Of a DNA stretch of 64,000 bases, positions 59,008 through 64,000 are shown piece by piece (the stretch's first letter is position 1; each line of letters starts with the position of its first letter). The position numbers were made by a program, and so were the translations under genes. Origin of the DNA: Myxococcales bacterium (GTDB taxonomy: Bacteria > Myxococcota_A > Polyangia > Polyangiales > JAFGIB01). The notes under the pieces are model-generated. The model was given only the letters and a program-made list of their open reading frames with translations, was not told the origin of the DNA and made no database searches. The DNA lies in contig JASFKR010000004.1 of assembly GCA_050118535.1 (NCBI GenBank), forward strand, positions 2,028 to 66,027, given 5' to 3'.

Positions 59008-59253
59008 CGCGGCCATTCTGCCAGCGCCGCGGCTTCCGCCAAACCGGCGTCGCCCTCGCTCGCCCTGTCGCGGTCGGGCACCGGGCCCGGCGCGCGCCTG
59101 AATCTGGCCTGGGCGTCCGTGCAGTGGCGGGGACCCGGCGCCGCGTGCCGCGACCCCCGATACTTGCGTCCGGGCGCCCGGGGGCGCGATACCTCCGGGC
59201 GAGCACGACGACGCGCCGCACGGGGCGGCGCGCGGGTACGACGGGGAGGCCGG

Positions 59254-60255
59254 GTGTCGCTGCATCGAGCCGGGGCGTTTTGGCTGAGCGCCTGCATCGC
59301 CTGGGCGGCGGGCGGTGGCGCCGTGGCGCAGCGCGCGGTGCTGCTGCCGGCGCGCGGCGACGAAGCGCTCGCCGCCCAGCGGCGCATCGCGGGCGGCAGC
59401 CTGCGGGAACTGCTCGAGGCCGAAGGCTTGCAGGTGCTCGACCACGATGCGGTGCAGGGCGTCGCCTGCGAGTCGGTCGAATGCGCCACCGATCTGCTCG
59501 ACGGGGCCGACGCCGAGATCGCCGTGGCACCCGGCGTCTGGGCGGGTACGCCGCCGGCGCGCGTGGGTGCGGTCTTCGTCACCCTGATCGACCGGGCCGG
59601 GAAGCGCTTCCCTGGGCGCGCGCGAGCCCGGAACGACGACGTGGCCGAGGCCGTGCGCGAGGCCCTGCTGGACGCGCGCGCGCTGCAGCTGCTCGGCCCC
59701 GGGCCCTGGCTGCGCGTGCGTGGCACCCCGCCGGGTGCCGAGGTGTGGCTCGACGGGACCCTGGTCGGCGCGCTGCCCCACCGCGGGCCGGTGGAGGCCG
59801 GGCGTCACAGCCTGGAGGTGCGCCACGAGGGCTACCGCCCGCTGGTCCGCAGCGCGGACGTGCCCGACGACGCGTCGCGTCAGGTGGATGTGGAGGTGGC
59901 GCTGCGGCCGCGTGAAGCCGCCGCCGCCGCCGACCCCCTCGCCGGTCCGGACGAGGCCCCTCCCGCCGGCCGCCCGGTCGTGGGCCCGCTGGTGTTGGGC
60001 CTCGCGGGGGTGGGGCTACTCACCGCGGACGTGGTGCTGGTCCTGTCGGCCGGCTGCGAGCGGCGCGACGCTGGTGGCCGCTGCGCCGAGGAAGACCAGG
60101 TCGCGCCGCTGCCCGCCATCGCCCTGGCGGTGGGAGGCGCGGGAGCGATTACGGCGGCGCTTCTGTGGCACCTGCTCGGCGGCGACGATCCGCCGCCGGT
60201 GGCCCTGAGCGCGACGCGGGACCGCGCAACCGTTCGCGTGAACGGGCGTTTTTGA
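59254..60255 (+). CDS. PEGA-domain protein
   Basis: LRVRGTPPGAEVWLDG...AGRHSLEVRHEGY; hydrophobic C-terminal hairpin with Cys pair; terminal Phe. Confidence 0.82.
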   Translation: MSLHRAGAFWLSACIAWAAGGGAVAQRAVLLPARGDEALAAQRRIAGGSLRELLEAEGLQVLDHDAVQGVACESVECATDLLDGADAEIAVAPGVWAGTPPARVGAVFVTLIDRAGKRFPGRARARNDDVAEAVREALLDARALQLLGPGPWLRVRGTPPGAEVWLDGTLVGALPHRGPVEAGRHSLEVRHEGYRPLVRSADVPDDASRQVDVEVALRPREAAAAADPLAGPDEAPPAGRPVVGPLVLGLAGVGLLTADVVLVLSAGCERRDAGGRCAEEDQVAPLPAIALAVGGAGAITAALLWHLLGGDDPPPVALSATRDRATVRVNGRF

Positions 60256-60256
60256 A

Positions 60257-61198
60257 ATGGGCTCCAGCCAGGGTTTGGTAGGACGCCTGATTTCGCCTGC
60301 GCTGCTCGCGCTGCTGTTCGTCGTCGTATGGGCGCCCCGTGCTCGCGCCCAGGAGCTGGTCTGGTTCAGCCAGCAGGCGCCGCCCGAGGGCTCACCCGCC
60401 GCCGAGGCCGGCGCGGCTCTGCGGGAGCGCGGCGTGGTGCTGCGGGCCGGCGATTGCGCCGAGGCGGAGTGCATTCCGGCCGCGCTGAAGCGCCTTGGCG
60501 CGCGGCTCGGTGTGCTGGTCGACGTTCGACCGGAGGGCGTGCAGGTGAGCGTGGTCGACCGCGACGGTCGCGCGGGCGCGGCCTCGGTTCCCCTCGACGC
60601 CGGCGCGGGTGATGTCGCCGCCGCGGCGGCCCTGGCGTTGGAGCGGGCCGAGCGCGCCCGCACCCTGGGCGACGGAGCGCTGCTGCAGGTGCGGACCCAT
60701 CCTTCCGGCGCCCTGGTCGAGTTGGACGACGCGCCCGTGGGGCACGCGCCGGTCGACAAGCTCATCGTGCCCGGCGCGCACGCCGTGCGCGTGGCGCTGC
60801 CGGGCTTCGTCGCACAGTCGCGCGACGTGGACGTGGACGACGGCAGCGCCACCGAGCTTCGCTTCGAGCTGCAGGCAGCGCCCGCCCCGGTCGCGAGGAC
60901 CACGCGCGCGCCGTCACCGCTGAACTACGTGGTGGGCGGGGTGCTGGTCGTGGGCGGCGCGGTCGGCGCCGGCGCAGCCCTCGGCACCCTGGTGCAGGAC
61001 GGGGAGTGCGTCGATGACGTGGCGCCGGCGCAGCCCTGCCCGGAGCGGGTGCGCTTCGGCACCCTGAGCGCGGTGGTGTTCGCGGCCAGCACCGCAGGGC
61101 TGCTGTCGGGCGCCTTCGTCTTGCTCGCCCAGCCTTTCACCGTCGAGGTCACCGCCAGCGGCTCCAGCGCATCGTTGACCGCACACGGACACTTCTGA
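60257..61198 (+). CDS. PEGA-domain protein
   Basis: VRTHPSGALVELDD...PGAHAVRVALPGF; same architecture as the upstream gene. Confidence 0.82.
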   Translation: MGSSQGLVGRLISPALLALLFVVVWAPRARAQELVWFSQQAPPEGSPAAEAGAALRERGVVLRAGDCAEAECIPAALKRLGARLGVLVDVRPEGVQVSVVDRDGRAGAASVPLDAGAGDVAAAAALALERAERARTLGDGALLQVRTHPSGALVELDDAPVGHAPVDKLIVPGAHAVRVALPGFVAQSRDVDVDDGSATELRFELQAAPAPVARTTRAPSPLNYVVGGVLVVGGAVGAGAALGTLVQDGECVDDVAPAQPCPERVRFGTLSAVVFAASTAGLLSGAFVLLAQPFTVEVTASGSSASLTAHGHF

Positions 61199-61221
61199 GC
61201 GTGTGAGCCGCGGTCCGGTCC

Positions 61222-63582
61222 TCACATCCACTGCAGCCGCCGACCGTCGCTCCAGAGCATCACGCCGCCCCTGCGCCCCAGGTCGATGACCTCGGGCACC
61301 CGGTGCGTCAGCCGCTGCCGGACCTCGGCGTGGGGATGGCCGAAGCGGTTGCCCGCGCCCGCGCTGATCACGGCGATACGCGGCGCCACCGCATCGAGGA
61401 ATGCCGCCGTGCTGGAGGTGCGCGAGCCGTGGTGGCCCACCTTGAGCACGTCGGCCTGCAGCGGCGCGCTGCGCTCGAGCAGCACCGACTCGGCATGGGC
61501 CTCCGCATCGCCGGTGAAGAGGAAGCTGCGGGCGCCGTGATCGATGCGCAGCACCAGGGAGTTGTCGTTGGCGTCGTAGCCCGAGTCGTAGCCGGGGCAG
61601 GGCGACAGCACGCGGATGGTGGCCGCCCCTGCCTGCAGGGGCGCGCCACACAGATCCGCCGGCTCGAGGACGCGGGTGCCCGCCGAGCGCGCGCGCTGCA
61701 GCAGCGCCGCCGTCTCGGCAGCCGTGGGTGACAGGGCGGTTTCGTGACGCGCCTGGCCGCTGTCCCACAGCTCGCCCACGGGCATGGCATCCAGCACGGC
61801 CGACAGCCCGCCGTAGTGGTCCGGGTGGGGGTGGGTCAGCACTGCGATGTCCACGCGGGAGCGCCGCCGCGCCCGCAGCAGCGGCACCACTGCCGCCCGG
61901 CCCGGGTCGGGGCCTCCGCCGGGGTTGCCGCCGGCATCGATCAGCATCAGACGCCCGTCGGGCAGGTCCACGAGCGCCGCGTCGCCTTGCCCCACGTCGA
62001 GGAAGGTCACGCGCAGGCCGCCGCGCGGCTGCTCCACGTATCGCAGCCGCAGCTCGAGGCCGCCCAGGGCGAGCGCCGTGCACAGCACGCAGGCGACGCG
62101 GGCGCGGGGGGTCGTCACGGCGAGCAGCCCGACGCACCCCGCGATCAGCGCCAGGGCCTGCCATGCGTCCGGTGGTGGACAGGGCTGCGTCGGCAACAGC
62201 TGCGCGAAACCACCGCAGGCCGCCACGAAGGCGTCGCTGACCCGCGTGAAGAGCGGCGCCGTGGGCCAGGAAAGGGGAAGGAGGGAGCGGAGCAGGGCGT
62301 GGGCGCCCGCGAGGGGCACCAGCAGCAGGCTGCCCACGGGTAGCAGCACCACGTTGGCCAGGACGCCCACCAGCGGCAGCTTTCCGAAGCAGATCACGAC
62401 CAGGGGCGCGGTGGCCAGCGTCGTGCGCGTGCCGATCGACAGCGCGCTGCGCAGCCACACCCCGGGGCCGCGGCCGGGTGGTCGAGGCGAGGTCAGCACG
62501 GCGGCGGTGGCGACGACCGAGAGCAGAAAGCCCGGCGTCAGGGCGCGCTCGGGCTCGAAGACCGACAGCGCGATCACCGCCGCGGCCGCCACCGAGACGC
62601 CGTGGGGACGCTGCCCCGCGGCGAGCAGGCCCCAGGCAATGGACGCCGTGATCGCCGCACGCCAGGCGCTCGAAGCGCCGCCGGCGAAGGCCGCGTAGCA
62701 AAGGGCGATGGGCACACCCAGGGCGAACGCCAGCCGCCCCACGTCCGCCCCGAGCGACAGCGGCGTGCGCAGCAGAAGCGCGCGCAGGCCCGCGACCACC
62801 AGCCCGGCCAGAATCGCCACGTGCAAGCCCGACACCGCGAGCACGTGGGACAGGCCGGCGTCTCGCACCGCGTCTCGGTCCTGCTCGTGCACGGCCTCGC
62901 CCTCTCCGAGCACCAGAGCCCGGGCCATCCCGGCGGCCCGCGGCGGCAGGCTGCGGCGCAGTGCCTCGCGCACGTGGCCGCGCACGCGGGCGAGGAGCCC
63001 ATGCAGCGGTGGCGTGTCCAGCACGCGCACCGCGTCGGGGCCCGCCACGAAGGCGCGACCACTGCTCGGATTGGGGTCCGGGAGTCGCAGCGCAGGGCTC
63101 GGGTTGCGGAAGGGCAGCCGGGGCGTCAGGCGCGCCAGCAGCAGCACGCGGGAGCCCTCGACCAGGGGCGTGGGCCCGGCCCAGAGCCGCGTGCCGGGCG
63201 CCACCGCCACGCCGTCGCGCAGCCGCCGGCCCGAGAGCACGCGGATGCGAGCGCGCCCACGTCCGTCGGGGCCCAGCTTCGCCCGCTCCACCTCTACCTT
63301 CACCCGCGCGAGCCCGTCCGGGGGCAAGGGCGAGGGTTCGGGTCGCGGGGCCGCGACGAGGCCGGCGAGCAGCGCGCCCAGGCAAGCCACCAGCAGCGCC
63401 GGACGGGGTGAGACGCCGGCAACCGGATCACCGGTGAGTCCCCAGACCGTCACGCCCACGCCGCCCGCGAGGGCCAGAAGGGCGGGCCAGGCGCCCGCGG
63501 CGCCGTCCAGCGCGTTGCCGCACGCCAGACCCAGGAGCCATGCCAGCGCCAGGACGGGGAGCAGGGCAGGGGGGCGAAGCAT
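61222..63582 (-). CDS. comEC: DNA internalization competence protein ComEC/Rec2
   Basis: GLSHVLAVSGLHV, GFLLS, FLDVGQGDA, THPHPDHYGG, NDNSLV, FTGDAE, KVGHHGSRTSS, NRFGHPH. Confidence 0.95.
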   Translation of the reverse strand: MLRPPALLPVLALAWLLGLACGNALDGAAGAWPALLALAGGVGVTVWGLTGDPVAGVSPRPALLVACLGALLAGLVAAPRPEPSPLPPDGLARVKVEVERAKLGPDGRGRARIRVLSGRRLRDGVAVAPGTRLWAGPTPLVEGSRVLLLARLTPRLPFRNPSPALRLPDPNPSSGRAFVAGPDAVRVLDTPPLHGLLARVRGHVREALRRSLPPRAAGMARALVLGEGEAVHEQDRDAVRDAGLSHVLAVSGLHVAILAGLVVAGLRALLLRTPLSLGADVGRLAFALGVPIALCYAAFAGGASSAWRAAITASIAWGLLAAGQRPHGVSVAAAAVIALSVFEPERALTPGFLLSVVATAAVLTSPRPPGRGPGVWLRSALSIGTRTTLATAPLVVICFGKLPLVGVLANVVLLPVGSLLLVPLAGAHALLRSLLPLSWPTAPLFTRVSDAFVAACGGFAQLLPTQPCPPPDAWQALALIAGCVGLLAVTTPRARVACVLCTALALGGLELRLRYVEQPRGGLRVTFLDVGQGDAALVDLPDGRLMLIDAGGNPGGGPDPGRAAVVPLLRARRRSRVDIAVLTHPHPDHYGGLSAVLDAMPVGELWDSGQARHETALSPTAAETAALLQRARSAGTRVLEPADLCGAPLQAGAATIRVLSPCPGYDSGYDANDNSLVLRIDHGARSFLFTGDAEAHAESVLLERSAPLQADVLKVGHHGSRTSSTAAFLDAVAPRIAVISAGAGNRFGHPHAEVRQRLTHRVPEVIDLGRRGGVMLWSDGRRLQWM

Positions 63583-63675
63583 GCCCGGCGGTGCTTGCAG
63601 GGGCCATGCCGGGCGATCCGGCACGAAATTGCGGCGAAAATTGCCCGCGTGGGGTGGCGAACGCCGGCGGGACGC

Positions 63676-63704
63676 TTGACGTCGCCGGGGCCACGGCCTA
63701 CATA
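63676..63704 (+). promoter_or_regulatory. sigma70-like promoter of MerR gene
   Basis: TTGACG-17 bp-TACATA. Confidence 0.5.
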
Positions 63705-63714
63705 GGAGACAAGG

Positions 63715-63744
63715 CCTAACCCTCACGTGTGCGTAAGGGTTAGG
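63715..63744. promoter_or_regulatory. 30-bp palindrome, probable MerR-family operator
   Basis: CCTAACCCTCACG-TGTG-CGTAAGGGTTAGG; 12 of 13 arm positions pair. Confidence 0.75.
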
Positions 63745-63758
63745 GTTCGAGGTCGACG

Positions 63759-64000
63759 ATGCCCGTCCAGCTTCCCGTCATCAAGGCCCCACACGGTACC
63801 GAGCGAACCGAGCGCAACGAGCCGCTGGTGCGCCGCACCCTGAAGGTGGGCGAGCTGGCCAAGCGCTCGGGCAAGACCGTGCGTGCGCTGCATCTCTACG
63901 AGGAGATGGGCCTGCTCGAGCCGGTGGACCGCAGCAAGGGCGGCTATCGGCTCTACGACGCCGACTCGCTCACCCGCGTGCGCTGGATCGGCAAGCTCCA
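63759..64000 (+). CDS. MerR family transcriptional regulator (3' truncated by window)
   Basis: Translated by hand: LKVGELAKRSGKTVRALHLYEEMGLLEPVDRSKGGYRLY. Confidence 0.92.
   Translation, partial: MPVQLPVIKAPHGTERTERNEPLVRRTLKVGELAKRSGKTVRALHLYEEMGLLEPVDRSKGGYRLYDADSLTRVRWIGKL

Noticed and set aside
56209..59826. 1205-aa version of the hydrolase fusion
   Set aside because: The N-terminal part is antisense to the PEGA gene; the signal peptide begins near 59007.
63619..63633. GGCACGAAATTGC as a sigma54 promoter
   Set aside because: GG-to-GC spacing is 9, not the required 10.

Overview
High-GC (roughly 70%, estimated by eye) chromosomal segment of about 50 genes. Gene content points to Myxococcota, probably Polyangiales: Cys-rich vWA and PEGA lipoproteins, an ECF sigma/FecR-TPR module, a myxobacterial-type pilin and a MopE-like repeat. 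Recognisable housekeeping genes are gatCAB-mtnA, argH-lysA, trmL, fadD/thiolase/APH kinase, a gcvR-like ACT protein with VKOR-DsbA, a TamA/TamB pair, an L,D-transpeptidase, comEC and a MerR regulator. I saw no rRNA, tRNA, CRISPR array, transposase, integrase or phage gene. The most notable observations are: (1) three intact ORFs that look like pseudoenzymes, namely a P1B-ATPase with DKTGT replaced by SPYGT, a membrane-anchored AMMECR1-like protein lacking LRGCIG, and a nucleotidyltransferase-like protein missing an Asp; (2) a dienelactone hydrolase-methyltransferase fusion whose lipoprotein signal peptide is cut off by a single in-frame TAG; (3) an exported alpha/beta-hydrolase fused to an extensin-like zinc peptidase; (4) an ECF cell-surface-signalling module with no TonB-dependent receptor; (5) about a dozen genes with leaderless-type starts. 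All family assignments come from motif recognition by eye, not database searches. No single novel system is proven.
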